Assembly: GCA_964580285.1 (NCBI GenBank)
Contig: CAZOKB010000003.1
Span: 31,403 to 95,402 of the forward strand
Source of the DNA: an uncultured Bdellovibrionales bacterium
Lineage (GTDB): Bacteria > Patescibacteriota > Minisyncoccia > Moranbacterales > UBA1568
Length of the DNA: 64,000 bases
Direction of reading: 5' to 3'
Under the pieces are notes generated by a model. It was not told the DNA's origin and ran no database searches. It saw only the letters and a list, made by a program, of their open reading frames with translations. A program made the position numbers and the translations under genes. This document shows positions 1 to 9,861 of this stretch, in pieces; position 1 is the first letter of the stretch, and the number at the start of each line of letters is the position of its first letter.

Positions 1-411
1 TGGTTCATATCAGTGAAGGTTTCGCCGATGGATCCTGATCGGCTTGATGAGATCGCCTCAGTTATCGAGGAGTTTCCAGTAAGCGCGGTTATCACGCAAA
101 ACACAGTGCCGAATTGTCTGGATATCAATCTCACTACTAGAAAGCCGATCATCGACACGCCGGACAAGAGAGGGTATGCCGGCGGATCGGGTATACAGAT
201 CTTCCAGCAAGCCCTCGGCCAGGTGAAACAGTGGCGTGAACGACTGCCCGGAGAAATCCAGGTATGGGGCGTCGGTGGTGTACAAACCGGCGAAGATGTA
301 AAGAAAATGCTCTGGGCCGGCGCGTCTGCTGTTGAAGTCGGTACTTCGTACTTCATCTCCGGCGCCAAAGTCTTTGGCGAAATCGCCGGTCAATTCGTCA
401 ATCTTTCCTGA
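1..411 (+). CDS. pyrD: dihydroorotate dehydrogenase, C-terminal part (gene starts upstream of window)
   Basis: Open frame from nt 1. C-terminal DHOD-like sequence (…AVITQNTV…GGSGIQ…VWGVGGVQTGEDV…). RBS+ATG of pyrC follows 16 nt after. Confidence 0.75.
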   Translation, partial: WFISVKVSPMDPDRLDEIASVIEEFPVSAVITQNTVPNCLDINLTTRKPIIDTPDKRGYAGGSGIQIFQQALGQVKQWRERLPGEIQVWGVGGVQTGEDVKKMLWAGASAVEVGTSYFISGAKVFGEIAGQFVNLS

Positions 412-426
412 AAAGGAGTCTCACTC

Positions 427-1485
427 ATGGAACTTACTCTCACTCGTCCCGATGACTTCCATCTCCACCTCCGTGATGGAGACGCCATGCTCTTCATCCT
501 CCCTCATACCGCCCACGTCTTCGGACGAGCACTCGTTATGCCGAATTTGGCTCATCCAGTCACAACGGTACAGCAAGCCATCGACTACCGACACCGCATC
601 CTTGAGGCACTGAGCAAGGCTCCCCGGCAATGCTCTGGATTCGAGCCACTCATGACGATCTACCTGACCAACGATACCTCTCCAACCACGATCGCTATGG
701 CATCCGCCACGGAATGCATCCTCGCCGCCAAGCTCTATCCAGCCCACGCAACGACCAATGCGGCGCATGGCGTGACAGATATCGAGCAGCTCAGTCCAGT
801 CTTCGAAACTATGGCAGAACGCGGTCTCGTACTCTCGATCCACGGCGAGCTCCTCGCTGACGCACACGGGGAAGTCGATGTTTTCGATCGCGAGAAGCGC
901 TTCCTCGAAGAAACGCTCTTCTGGATCGTCGATAGCTATCCGGAGCTCAAAGTCGTGCTCGAGCATATCACGACCAAAGAGGCAGTTCGATTCGTTGAAG
1001 AGACTCGGACCGGAGTCGCCGCGACCATCACGGCACACCACCTCCTCGAGAATCGCAACGCGATCTTCCGGGGCGGAATCCAACCTCATCACTACTGTCT
1101 CCCGGTACTCAAACGAGAAGCGGATCGCGAGGCGCTCCTCTTGGCGGCTACATCCGGCAATCCGAAGTTCTTTCTCGGCACCGACTCTGCACCACACGCG
1201 AAGTCCAGAAAGGAGTCGGCTTGCGGCTGTGCTGGTTGCTTTACCGCTCCAGTCGCGCTCCCGCTCTACGCGCAGGCGTTCCATTCTATCGGCGCGCTGG
1301 ATCGACTGGAAGGGTTCGCGAGCTTCTTCGGCGCTGACTTCTATGGTCTCCCGAGAAATACGGATACCGTCACGCTCGTGGAAAAGGCCGCGACCGTTCC
1401 TATGTTCACGGCCTTCGGAAACGACGACATCGTCGTAACATTCTGGGCCGGACACTCCATCGACTTTTCGGTTAAGCCCGAATAG
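427..1485 (+). CDS. pyrC: dihydroorotase (homodimeric class II type)
   Basis: RPDDFHLHLRDG…VMPNL…YLT…KLYPA motifs, near-collinear with E. coli PyrC over the full length. RBS aaaaggag upstream. Confidence 0.9.
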   Translation: MELTLTRPDDFHLHLRDGDAMLFILPHTAHVFGRALVMPNLAHPVTTVQQAIDYRHRILEALSKAPRQCSGFEPLMTIYLTNDTSPTTIAMASATECILAAKLYPAHATTNAAHGVTDIEQLSPVFETMAERGLVLSIHGELLADAHGEVDVFDREKRFLEETLFWIVDSYPELKVVLEHITTKEAVRFVEETRTGVAATITAHHLLENRNAIFRGGIQPHHYCLPVLKREADREALLLAATSGNPKFFLGTDSAPHAKSRKESACGCAGCFTAPVALPLYAQAFHSIGALDRLEGFASFFGADFYGLPRNTDTVTLVEKAATVPMFTAFGNDDIVVTFWAGHSIDFSVKPE

Positions 1486-1502
1486 TACGCCACGCCCCCT
1501 GA

Positions 1503-1534
1503 CCTGTTCCGAAAGTATCGGAACAGGTTTTTTA
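1503..1534 (+). terminator. rho-independent terminator of pyrC
   Basis: Hairpin cctgttccg-aaagta-cggaacagg followed by TTTTTT. Confidence 0.65.
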
Positions 1535-1536
1535 TA

Positions 1537-1565
1537 TAAAAAAAGTGATCCTCAAAAGGATCACC
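1537..1565 (-). terminator. hairpin terminator for the minus-strand gene ending at 1561
   Basis: gtgatcc-tcaaaa-ggatcac stem; a run of 9 A on the plus strand gives a T-tract on the minus strand after the stem. Confidence 0.5.
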
Positions 1566-1977
1566 AGAAAGACCAGGCGTGCACTTCTTCTGGAAGCGAG
1601 TTGCAAAGTACAGAAAAATCTTTGGCCGTCATCAACCCCGTCCATTCGATGGAACTCCGAAGTGCCGCAAGAAAACATGTGACACGTCCGTCCGTTTGTC
1701 CAGAAACAATACTGTGATGTATCATTTCCAGAAACATCTCCTTGGTAAGATTCTGCTCAACACACACAAGACCGACATGCGCACAAAAATCGAAAGCGCG
1801 CTCATGCTCTCTTGGGAATCCGATCAAACGACCCATGCGAGCAATCATTCGATGGACTCGACGAAGCGCTGCCTGATCGCGTCTCCCAATAACCAATGGA
1901 TGCTGCTTTCCTGATTGTTCAAGAACAATGAGAGCCCGCTCGAGCACCGAGAGCACCGCTGCCTGATATTTGCTCAT
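1561..1977 (-). CDS. hypothetical protein (138 aa from M8)
   Basis: Start MSKYQAAVLS preceded by AGGAGG 9 nt upstream. No recognisable domain. Confidence 0.45.
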   Translation of the reverse strand: MSKYQAAVLSVLERALIVLEQSGKQHPLVIGRRDQAALRRVHRMIARMGRLIGFPREHERAFDFCAHVGLVCVEQNLTKEMFLEMIHHSIVSGQTDGRVTCFLAALRSSIEWTGLMTAKDFSVLCNSLPEEVHAWSFW

Positions 1978-2034
1978 CCTGTTTTCCTCCTGTCTCACGA
2001 TGAAGCCTCACTCTACTTTGTAAGCATGTCTCCG

Positions 2035-3027
2035 TCAACTCCAGTGTCCGGAACGCGCAAGAAACTCCTTTACGCAACAACCGACCAACGCCGCGTCAGT
2101 ACATTCCATCAGCCGGATCCTGAGTTCGTGCGCCCCATCGAATCCATGTACATAGGCCTTGTAGTGCTTTTTCATTACCTCAAAGCTCTTTTTGTTTTTG
2201 AACAGCTCTTCATAGAGTTGCGTGTGCTCCATCATAACAGAAAGTTTTTCCGCAACACTCACTACTTTTTTAGTTTCATCAAAAAACCAGGGATTTCCAA
2301 ACAAGCCCCGCCCGATCATCACACCATCACAGCCGGTCTCCGCGACCCGCTGTCGTGCTTCATCCATATTTCGCACATCACCGTTACCAATAATGAGCGT
2401 ACCGGTCCCACGTGCTAGCTCCACCGCCCGTGCCACGTGCTCCCAGCGGGCCGGCACCAGCGACATGTCTTTTTTCGTCCGCGCATGCACCGTGATCGCT
2501 GCTGGTTGCTCAGCAAGAAGTTCTGGTAGCCACGTCTCAAGTTCGTCGGCATTAAATCCGATCCGCGTCTTCACCGATACCGGGATTTTTCCTGTCACTC
2601 CTTCCTGCGCTGCCCTGATCAGCTCTCGCGCTAAAACCGGATGTTGCATAAGCTTTGCCCCCGCCCCTTGCTTCATCACATTCTTGTCCGGGCAGCCCAT
2701 ATTGATATCGAGCCCATCGAAACCGAGCCGAGCAATAATCTTGGCTGCCTCGCGCATCTTATCGGGGTGTGCCGTGAACACCTGCGCTACGATCGGTCGC
2801 TCCGCTTCGGTGTAGTGCAAATCGAGAAGTATCGCCTCGCGTCCCTCCGGGTGACACAATCCATCCGCCGACACAAATTCCGTCCACGTCACATCCGGCC
2901 GCCCATACTTGGCAAACAGGCATCGAAAAGCCGCGTCCGTGACATTCGCCATCGGAGCCATCACAAAAAAAGGCTTCTTCAGTTCATTCCAAAAATTTAG
3001 CATAGGTAAACAGTGTACCGAAATCAA
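2035..3027 (-). CDS. dus: tRNA-dihydrouridine synthase
   Basis: VMAPMANVTD…GFDGLDINMGCP…VSVKTRIG…GCDGVMIGRG motifs of Dus-family TIM barrels. Confidence 0.85.
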   Translation of the reverse strand: MISVHCLPMLNFWNELKKPFFVMAPMANVTDAAFRCLFAKYGRPDVTWTEFVSADGLCHPEGREAILLDLHYTEAERPIVAQVFTAHPDKMREAAKIIARLGFDGLDINMGCPDKNVMKQGAGAKLMQHPVLARELIRAAQEGVTGKIPVSVKTRIGFNADELETWLPELLAEQPAAITVHARTKKDMSLVPARWEHVARAVELARGTGTLIIGNGDVRNMDEARQRVAETGCDGVMIGRGLFGNPWFFDETKKVVSVAEKLSVMMEHTQLYEELFKNKKSFEVMKKHYKAYVHGFDGAHELRIRLMECTDAALVGCCVKEFLARSGHWS

Positions 3028-3143
3028 GACACAGAATCAAGGCAATTCTTCTTCCAAAAAAGAAATCCCGCGTCATGATGATTACCATAACACGGGATAC
3101 CGAAACATATCTCATCCTGGCGTACTGTAAATAAAGCTCCTGA

Positions 3144-3482
3144 TCAAATACGATTCAGGCGATCTTGCAACATATCGACGCATTCCCGACTCTCGATCGG
3201 TAGATCATCCCATGCCGCAAGCACTCCCTTGACATGAGGTCTTCTGTCGTGACGGAACACACCATACAGCATCGGATGCGACACATCGATGGCAATCCGC
3301 TGTTTATTTTCCTTGTTATGCCACGTCACAGCGAGCAAAAGACAGTAGGAACGTTCGGTCTTGACCTGCAACAACAGTGCCAACAATTCCTGGATCCGGT
3401 CGCGGGTATTAAGTACGGTGCTGAGATCCTGATACTTCAACTCATACAACTCATTATTCCGACTGCTCAGAAAAATTCTCAT
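3144..3482 (-). CDS. hypothetical protein
   Basis: 112-aa ORF with an aaagggg RBS. Upstream of dus on the same strand. No recognised domain. Confidence 0.4.
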   Translation of the reverse strand: MRIFLSSRNNELYELKYQDLSTVLNTRDRIQELLALLLQVKTERSYCLLLAVTWHNKENKQRIAIDVSHPMLYGVFRHDRRPHVKGVLAAWDDLPIESRECVDMLQDRLNRI

Positions 3483-3584
3483 GGCTATGCCCCTTTCGTG
3501 ATTGTTGTATCGGGTAAGAAAAATCGAGGCCCCTCAAAGAACTATCACGAGTATTATCCCAAAAACTATAGCGTGTCAACCCTC

Positions 3585-3612
3585 TTGACAATCAATCCCT
3601 TTTTGCTATAAT
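3585..3612 (+). promoter_or_regulatory. consensus sigma70-type promoter of the Rrf2 gene with overlapping palindrome
   Basis: TTGACA(3585-3590)-N16-TATAAT(3607-3612). Palindrome TGTCAAccctcTTGACA overlaps the -35 hexamer. Confidence 0.5.
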
Positions 3613-3660
3613 TTGGACTAAATAAGTCCTATATAAAAAGAGCTTATACCAAGCAAAAAT

Positions 3661-4071
3661 ATGCGCGTCTCCAAAAAAACTTATTATGGTCTCCGAGCTA
3701 TCACTGCGCTCGCCGAACACGGCGAGCTTTCCGTGCATGATCTGGCCGCTCTGGAAAATATGCCTGAAGACTACCTTCATAAGATTCTCCAGATCCTCAA
3801 ACGCCATGGTATTGTTTCCTCCGAGAAGGGTGCGCATGGAGGCTACACTCTGGCCCGACCGACTACTAGCGTCTCCGTTTGGGATATCGTCTCGACACTT
3901 GATGGCGGTTTCAAAAGTTTCGCTCCACCCCGACTGACTAACGTCTCCCCTTATCCAAAACTCACTCACTGCCAGACCAATCAGGTCTGGAGAGAACTTG
4001 AACAGAAAATAGAAACTACCCTGTCCGCTACGACCCTCGACCAGATAATCACTCCTACCATCCATCCTTAA
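3661..4071 (+). CDS. Rrf2-family transcriptional regulator (IscR/SufR-like)
   Basis: KKTYYGLRAITALA…SVHDLA…EDYLHKILQILKRHGIV…GAHGGYTLAR, the typical Rrf2 wHTH signature. Lies directly upstream of sufC. Confidence 0.85.
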   Translation: MRVSKKTYYGLRAITALAEHGELSVHDLAALENMPEDYLHKILQILKRHGIVSSEKGAHGGYTLARPTTSVSVWDIVSTLDGGFKSFAPPRLTNVSPYPKLTHCQTNQVWRELEQKIETTLSATTLDQIITPTIHP

Positions 4072-4079
4072 CGAACCCT

Positions 4080-4793
4080 ATGCTCACACTCGAAAAACTT
4101 TCTGTTTCTATCGAAGGCAAGAAGATTCTTCATGATATCTCCTTCGTTTTCAAACCAGGCAAGACCTACGCCATACTCGGACCAAACGGCTCCGGTAAGT
4201 CCACTCTGGCCAGTGCTATTATGGGGCACCCAAAAGTCACTCTTGGCCGGGGCAGTCAGCTTCTGTACGAAAAAAAGAATTTCCGTCGTCTTTCACCGGA
4301 CAAACGGGCCGTACTCGGCATGAGCATGACCTTTCAAAGCCCTCTCACGCTCGACGGCGTCTCTGTCCGTGACCTGCTCCGCCTGGCCCTTGAAAAACGC
4401 TATGATCCGTTTGCCCTCCATCAGAAAATCAACGAGGCTGCCGAGAAACTCAAAATCAAAAACGAGCTTCTCTCGCGCTCGCTCAATGACGGCTTTTCCG
4501 GTGGAGAGAAGAAAAAACTGGAAGCGCTTCAGATCGCCCTGCTTGAGCCTCGCTTCGTTCTTTTTGATGAGATAGATACCGGCGTTGACGTCGATGCTCT
4601 GAAAACGATTTCCCACTTTCTCCGCCATGTACTTCCGAAACAAACCACTCTCGTGTTCATCACCCACTCCGCCAAGCTCCTCAAGTACATGCAGCCTGAT
4701 GAAATTCTCGTCATCAAAGACGGTCAACTTGCAGCAACTGGCGGACCAGAACTCGCCACCACTATCGAAAAGAAAGGTTTTGAAAGTTTCTAA
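4080..4793 (+). CDS. sufC: Fe-S cluster assembly ATPase SufC
   Basis: Walker A GPNGSGKST, ABC signature FSGGEKKK, Walker B LFDEIDTG. SufC-like length. Confidence 0.9.
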   Translation: MLTLEKLSVSIEGKKILHDISFVFKPGKTYAILGPNGSGKSTLASAIMGHPKVTLGRGSQLLYEKKNFRRLSPDKRAVLGMSMTFQSPLTLDGVSVRDLLRLALEKRYDPFALHQKINEAAEKLKIKNELLSRSLNDGFSGGEKKKLEALQIALLEPRFVLFDEIDTGVDVDALKTISHFLRHVLPKQTTLVFITHSAKLLKYMQPDEILVIKDGQLAATGGPELATTIEKKGFESF

Positions 4794-4803
4794 ACTATGC
4801 ATA

Positions 4804-4890
4804 AGGATTTTTCCTCCTGATCGTTCTGTTGGTAACCGTTGGATGCTTTAGCGCCACAGGGAGACAACAGAATGTCAGAATGAAAAATCC
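4804..4890 (+). promoter_or_regulatory. conserved ~88-nt structured intercistronic element, copy 1 (sufC-sufB)
   Basis: Outer 16-bp imperfect stem ggatttttcctcctga/tcagaatgaaaaatcc enclosing the conserved core gttctgttggt…ccacagggagacaac…ATG. See findings. Confidence 0.55.
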
Positions 4891-4907
4891 TACTCCATAT
4901 ATAAAAT

Positions 4908-6317
4908 ATGTCTCGTCGTAAGCCAACCAAAAAAATAGACCTCGGCGATTACCAGTACGGATTCGCCATGCCCGAACGCTCGGTACAAAAAACGAATACC
5001 GGGCTTTCGCAGTCAGTCGTTCTAGAAATTTCTCGCATCAAAGAAGAAAAGGCCTGGATGCGTGATTTTCGTGTGCGCGCTTATGAGCGCTTCACAACCC
5101 TGCCGCTTCCAGCTTGGGGCGCCGATCTTTCGAAGATTGATTTCGACAGCATCACCTACTATCTCAAAGCCACCAACGAACAATCCAAAACCTGGGATGA
5201 GCTGCCTCCAGAAATTAAGGAGACGTATGATCGTATTGGCGTGCCCGAGGCTGAGCGAAAATTCCTCGCGGGAGTCTCAGCACAATACGAAAGCGAAGTG
5301 GTCTACGAAAGCATCGAGAAGACACTCTCTGCCAAAGGCGTCATCTTCTGCGATATGGACACGGCCGTACGGAAATATCCCACGCTGGTCCGGGAATATT
5401 TCGGTAAGCTTATCCCGCCACATGACAACAAGTTCGCCGCGCTCAACTCGGCCGTCTGGTCCGGCGGATCATTCGTCTACGTGCCAAAAGGTGTGAAAGT
5501 CGATCTGCCGCTCCAAGCCTATTTCCGCATCAATTCGGAAGCCTTCGGACAATTCGAGCGCACCCTCATCATCGCCGACGAAGGCAGCTCCGTGCACTAT
5601 GTCGAGGGCTGCACCGCACCGATCTACCGCACGAGCTCGCTCCACTCCGCTGTCGTCGAGATCTTCGTTAAGAAAAACGCGCACGTTCGCTACACCACCG
5701 TCCAGAACTGGTCGAAAAATATCTATAACCTCGTCACCAAACGGGCTCGTGCCGAAGAAAATGCTTCCATGGAATGGATCGATTGCAATATCGGATCCGG
5801 CGTCACGATGAAATACCCCGCTGTCTATTTGGCAGGCCGTGGTGCCCATGGTGAAGTTCTCTCTATCGCCTATGCTGGTAAGCACCAGCACCAGGATACT
5901 GGTGCGAAAATGCTCCACATCGCTCCAGAGACCACTTCGCGTATCATCTCAAAGTCCATCAGCAAAGATGGCGGTCGCTCTTCCTACCGCGGTCTCGTAC
6001 ATATCGGTAAAGGAGCCACGGGAGCGAAAACCTCCGTTGTCTGCGATGCGCTCATCCTCGATCCAGAGTCGCGGTCCGATACCTATCCGACCATGCGAGT
6101 CAACGAGCCCTCTGCTCGCGTCGAGCATGAAGCCACGGTCGAAAAGATTTCCGCTGAGAAGCTCTTCTACCTCATGTCTCGCGGACTGAAACAAAAAGAC
6201 GCCGAGGGGCTCCTCGTCAACGGCTTTCTCGAACCAGTCGTTAAAGAAATTCCTCTCGAGTATTCCATCGAGCTCAACCGCCTCATCAATCTCGAAATGG
6301 AAGGTAGTGTAGGATAA
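4908..6317 (+). CDS. sufB: Fe-S cluster assembly protein SufB
   Basis: 469 aa. Collinear SufB-like sequence (…FVYVPKGV…[19 protein letters not shown]…). Confidence 0.9.
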   Translation: MSRRKPTKKIDLGDYQYGFAMPERSVQKTNTGLSQSVVLEISRIKEEKAWMRDFRVRAYERFTTLPLPAWGADLSKIDFDSITYYLKATNEQSKTWDELPPEIKETYDRIGVPEAERKFLAGVSAQYESEVVYESIEKTLSAKGVIFCDMDTAVRKYPTLVREYFGKLIPPHDNKFAALNSAVWSGGSFVYVPKGVKVDLPLQAYFRINSEAFGQFERTLIIADEGSSVHYVEGCTAPIYRTSSLHSAVVEIFVKKNAHVRYTTVQNWSKNIYNLVTKRARAEENASMEWIDCNIGSGVTMKYPAVYLAGRGAHGEVLSIAYAGKHQHQDTGAKMLHIAPETTSRIISKSISKDGGRSSYRGLVHIGKGATGAKTSVVCDALILDPESRSDTYPTMRVNEPSARVEHEATVEKISAEKLFYLMSRGLKQKDAEGLLVNGFLEPVVKEIPLEYSIELNRLINLEMEGSVG

Positions 6318-6320
6318 AGA

Positions 6321-6410
6321 GAGATTTTCCCTCTTGGTTGTTCTGTTGGTGACCGCTGGATGCTTGAGCACCACAGGGAGACAACGGAATGCCAAGAGGG
6401 AAAATCTCTG
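6321..6410 (+). promoter_or_regulatory. conserved structured intercistronic element, copy 2 (sufB-sufD)
   Basis: Perfect 18-bp outer stem agagattttccctcttgg/ccaagagggaaaatctct around the same conserved core. Confidence 0.55.
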
Positions 6411-6446
6411 AAATTGAACAGCGCATGCATTGATTTTTGTGCTTTT

Positions 6447-7022
6447 ATGAAACTCATCAACATCTCAACTGATACAAAATCCCTCTATCGACTCAAGGAA
6501 AACGAGAAGATAGTTTTTTTCTTGTTTAATCGTGGAGGCGAGATCACTTTTGATCTTCGAGGAAACCATTCAGAAGCGCATATTATAGCCCTCTTCGATC
6601 TTACAAACGACGCTCGTCTTGAAAGCCGGATCACTCAAATTCATCGCGGTGCAGATACTATTTCTTCCTTTGCTGGACGAAGCATCCTCAGAGGGAATGC
6701 CTCTTGCTCGTGGCAGGGCCTCTTATCAATCAAATCCTCTGCTCTGCATACAGATGCTCATCAAGAAATGAAACATCTGCTTTTGTCCCCTCTAGCCGGA
6801 GCCTTTTCGCTTCCTGCGCTCGAGATCGAACAAAATGATGTCCGCTGCGGACACGCCGCTACCATGAGCGCGCCCGACCCGGAACAGCTCTTTTTCCTAC
6901 AAAGCCGCGGTCTCTCTGAAACCCAAGCTATCGAACTCATCGCCCAAGGCTTTTTCCAGGATATGCTCGAGAAAATAGAAGTTCTGACTGGTGTTAAAGA
7001 AATTCCTGCATTTTCGCTTTGA
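6447..7022 (+). CDS. sufD: SufD-like Fe-S assembly protein (short form, 191 aa)
   Basis: Downstream of sufB. C-terminal SufB/SufD-family beta-helix/helical region (…LEIEQNDVRCGHAATMS…EQLFFLQSRGLSE…). Start chosen at the first ATG after element copy 2. Confidence 0.65.
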   Translation: MKLINISTDTKSLYRLKENEKIVFFLFNRGGEITFDLRGNHSEAHIIALFDLTNDARLESRITQIHRGADTISSFAGRSILRGNASCSWQGLLSIKSSALHTDAHQEMKHLLLSPLAGAFSLPALEIEQNDVRCGHAATMSAPDPEQLFFLQSRGLSETQAIELIAQGFFQDMLEKIEVLTGVKEIPAFSL

Positions 7023-7091
7023 TATCCTCTCTGAGTTCGTGCTCATTCCCGTACAAAAGCAACCCGAGATACGAATCCATATTCTTCTCAT

Positions 7092-7358
7092 TCACCCGCC
7101 AAACCCGTACTCACGATCCCACCGATTGTCAGGCTTATCGTAGTTCGTATTGAGCCACCGACCATCATCGCTGCGGTTGAGATTGAGCAAGTTCGCATCT
7201 CCATCGGAAATGTGTAGTTTTCCTTCTCTGCCACCATCCCTCAAATACTTTCGGGACTGAATCGAATTCGTGATCGAAATCACCGAGAAAACCCCACCAA
7301 GTATCTTCATTTTTTGATGAAATACCCGCCTGCCATCAGACAGGTCTGCATACATCAC
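7092..7358 (-). CDS. hypothetical small ORF (possibly a gene remnant, together with ORF 7365..7571)
   Basis: Two adjacent minus-strand ORFs with no recognisable similarity. The second overlaps a terminator hairpin. Confidence 0.2.
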   Translation of the reverse strand: MMYADLSDGRRVFHQKMKILGGVFSVISITNSIQSRKYLRDGGREGKLHISDGDANLLNLNRSDDGRWLNTNYDKPDNRWDREYGFGG

Positions 7359-7504
7359 CCTATCTCACGCCGTAACAAAAGATATTCTCGATGTATGGAT
7401 ACTGGATTCGGCCGCAAACAGCCGTGACTGTTTGCAGATTCGCCTACTACCATCCAAATTACCCGGAGCCGTAACCACGAGCGTTCCATCTGTCACTGGT
7501 ATTG

Positions 7505-7545
7505 TATCAAAAAAATGAAAACCCGCGCATACATGTATGCGCGGG
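7505..7545 (-). terminator. rho-independent terminator for gene 7599..8180
   Basis: Perfect 24-nt palindrome cccgcgcatacatgtatgcgcggg, followed on the minus strand by TTTTCATTTTTTT. Confidence 0.7.
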
Positions 7546-7598
7546 AAAGATTCCGAGGGTCCAAGGGACAAAGCATAGAAGTCCCAAAGACTGAAGAA

Positions 7599-8180
7599 TC
7601 AGAGAGCCTTGCGGACAGCGAGAAACCGAAAGTGGAAGCTCCAGTCAACGTCCCAGCGATCGAGGTTCAGGTCCCGCTTGACGTCACCCCTGTCGAGGCA
7701 CGGCACGTAGCGACTGCCACCGATCGTGCACGAGGAGCCGAGTCCGACGATCGGATACTTCCGCTGCTCCTCGCGATACTTCGCTCCGAAAGCAAGCAGG
7801 TGTTCGATCTTGGCCGCTTCCCAGCCCTCGACTTCGATCGCTCGCATCGCATCTTCCGACGAGATAAAGCGGCCGAAATGGAAGAGTCTGGTTTCGTACC
7901 TGGTTTCGCCATCGCCGACGATCGGGAATCGATCGTGAGTAATGTCACCATTGGCCCAGTCGTACCGGCCAGCAGTGATCATCTCAGCGAGTGAGAGGCC
8001 GAGGTTGACGGTGATTGTGGTGAGATGGTTGGTATCAGCCTTCTTTGAGAGAACTGACCGGAGCTTTTCTTCGTCACGGATCAGGCTCATGATATCCTTC
8101 GGCTCGGCGCCGATTTTCGCCAGAGCGATCGCGAGCTCGTGCATGAGTCCGACAGAAAAGTCATTAGCGGTAACAGCCAT
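7599..8180 (-). CDS. hypothetical protein (193 aa from M11)
   Basis: Start MAVTANDF with an AAGGAG RBS 8 nt upstream. No domain recognised. Inserted between sufD and sufS on the opposite strand. Confidence 0.5.
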   Translation of the reverse strand: MAVTANDFSVGLMHELAIALAKIGAEPKDIMSLIRDEEKLRSVLSKKADTNHLTTITVNLGLSLAEMITAGRYDWANGDITHDRFPIVGDGETRYETRLFHFGRFISSEDAMRAIEVEGWEAAKIEHLLAFGAKYREEQRKYPIVGLGSSCTIGGSRYVPCLDRGDVKRDLNLDRWDVDWSFHFRFLAVRKAL

Positions 8181-8358
8181 GATATATCTCCTTCCGATTG
8201 ACTCATCCATAATATGGACACGTCGTGCCAGCGGGCTCTCGATTCTTCGAGTTTGCCATAGCGCAGAGGATTTCAGCCTTCTAAAAGCTTTTGTGCTATG
8301 ACAACTCTCTACTTTCTCTATTGTTAAAGAAATTATATTATAGCATTTTATTAGACTC

Positions 8359-8387
8359 TTGTCAATTATACTAGGGTATGGTATAAA
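8359..8387 (+). promoter_or_regulatory. candidate promoter upstream of sufS
   Basis: TTGTCA-N17-TATAAA in an AT-rich 380-nt intergenic region. Confidence 0.35.
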
Positions 8388-8469
8388 GGAGTGAGTCGAA
8401 ATCGGACTATTTTAGTCTACATTAAAAAACCCTATTCTTAAGCTAAAGAATGCCTTAAAGTTTGATTGT

Positions 8470-8562
8470 CTGTCATTGCGATCCATCAGCTGACGGAGAA
8501 GCAATCTGGCTTTTACACTATTTATTCTGGATTGCTTCGTCGAAGACTCCTCGCAATGACAG
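8470..8562. repeat. long hairpin (MITE/REP-like) repeat, copy A
   Basis: Arms ctgtcattgcga…gaagcaatc / gattgcttc…tcgcaatgacag. The right arm (33 nt) is the exact inverse of the left arm of copy B at 27925. Confidence 0.6.
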
Positions 8563-8593
8563 AAAAATGAAGGCTTATTCAAGTGAGTAATCT

Positions 8594-9844
8594 ATGCCCA
8601 TTACTCCAGATATCAAAAAGCATTTCCCGATTTTCAAACACCAGCCTGATTTGGTGTACTTAGATTCGGCTGCCACTGCCTTGAAACCACAAGCCGTCAT
8701 GGAAACGGCGCGCGGATACGAAGAAACGTACTCAGCCAATATCGGCCGTGGTCTCTATCCGATCGCCGAACAAGCCACCGAAGCATTTGAAGCAGTCCGT
8801 GATCAGACTGCTCGCTTCATCGGGGCGACTTCCCGCGAAATTATCTTCACGAAAAACACGACTGACTCCCTCAATATGGTAGCCATATGGATCGCTCCAC
8901 GGCTCCGTACAGGAGACAATATCGTCATCACTGCCGCCGAGCACCACGCCAACTATCTCCCCTGGGTCGAGCTTGCGGAAGCCAAAGGTATCGAGCTGCG
9001 TGTTGCTCCTTTTAATACGGAGGGGCTCATCGAGAGAGACACTCTCGCCTCCCTCGTCGATTTGCGCACGGTACTCGTCGCTTTCGGCGCCGTCTCCAAT
9101 GTCTTCGGCGCGATCAATCCGGTGCGAGACCTTATACAAGCGATCAAAGCGAAAAATCAGCAAGCGCTCACCATCATCGATGCTGCCCAGGCCGTCGGCC
9201 ATATCCCGATCGATACCCATGACTGGGATGCTGATTTCGTTGCTTTTTCGGCTCACAAACTCTACGGGCCAACCGGTGTCGGAATCCTCTATGGCAAAGC
9301 CATGCTTCTAGAAACCCTTCCTCCCCTCACCTTTGGTGGCGGCATGGTGCTCGATGCTTGTCCACCAAAAGATGGGCGGGCCAGTTCTCCGACTCGAGAA
9401 TACAAGGATATCCCGTACCGCTTCGAGGCAGGGACACCCAATATCTCTGGCGTCATCGGCTGGGGCGCCGCGCTCGATTTTCTCGAAAAGACAGGGATAG
9501 AAAATATTCGTGCCCACGAAGCATCACTCGTTACATATGCCCTCGCCAAGCTCCAAGAATCTTTCGGGGAAAAAATTCAGCTCCTCGGACCACAAGAACC
9601 AACGCTACATAGCGGACTGATCGCTTTTACTCTGGAAGGCATTCATCCCCACGACCTTGCCCATATTCTTGGTGAGCAAGGCATTTGCATTAGGGCCGGC
9701 GAACACTGCGCCAGCCCCCTGCATCGCAAGCTCAACCTGACCGCTACCGCTCGCGTAAGCTTCGGCCTCTACAACTCTTCAGAAGATATTGATACACTCA
9801 TTGAAGGAATCAAAAACGCACGCACCGTCCTACAAAAATCTTAA
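8594..9844 (+). CDS. sufS: cysteine desulfurase SufS (group II)
   Basis: PLP-lysine region SAHKLYGPTGVGILYG; IRAGEHCA active-site cysteine motif. 416 aa. Confidence 0.9.
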   Translation: MPITPDIKKHFPIFKHQPDLVYLDSAATALKPQAVMETARGYEETYSANIGRGLYPIAEQATEAFEAVRDQTARFIGATSREIIFTKNTTDSLNMVAIWIAPRLRTGDNIVITAAEHHANYLPWVELAEAKGIELRVAPFNTEGLIERDTLASLVDLRTVLVAFGAVSNVFGAINPVRDLIQAIKAKNQQALTIIDAAQAVGHIPIDTHDWDADFVAFSAHKLYGPTGVGILYGKAMLLETLPPLTFGGGMVLDACPPKDGRASSPTREYKDIPYRFEAGTPNISGVIGWGAALDFLEKTGIENIRAHEASLVTYALAKLQESFGEKIQLLGPQEPTLHSGLIAFTLEGIHPHDLAHILGEQGICIRAGEHCASPLHRKLNLTATARVSFGLYNSSEDIDTLIEGIKNARTVLQKS

Positions 9845-9861
9845 ACATTGCAAAAGTCTCT

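Noticed and set aside
421-1455. 344-aa minus-strand ORF and 186-aa plus-strand ORF (878..1438) overlapping pyrC
   Set aside because: They are embedded in the clearly homologous pyrC reading frame. They are typical antisense or alternate-frame artefacts, with no RBS or motifs.
4861-4884. Possibility of an alternative genetic code (UGA recoding), raised by the tiny uORF ATG-TCA-GAA-TGA
   Set aside because: Long intact ORFs (1202, 903, 724 aa) and conserved proteins terminate with all three stop codons under the standard code. No in-frame TGA is needed in conserved genes.
7365-7571. 68-aa minus ORF
   Set aside because: It overlaps the strong palindromic terminator of the upstream gene and has no RBS. 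At most it is a decayed remnant.
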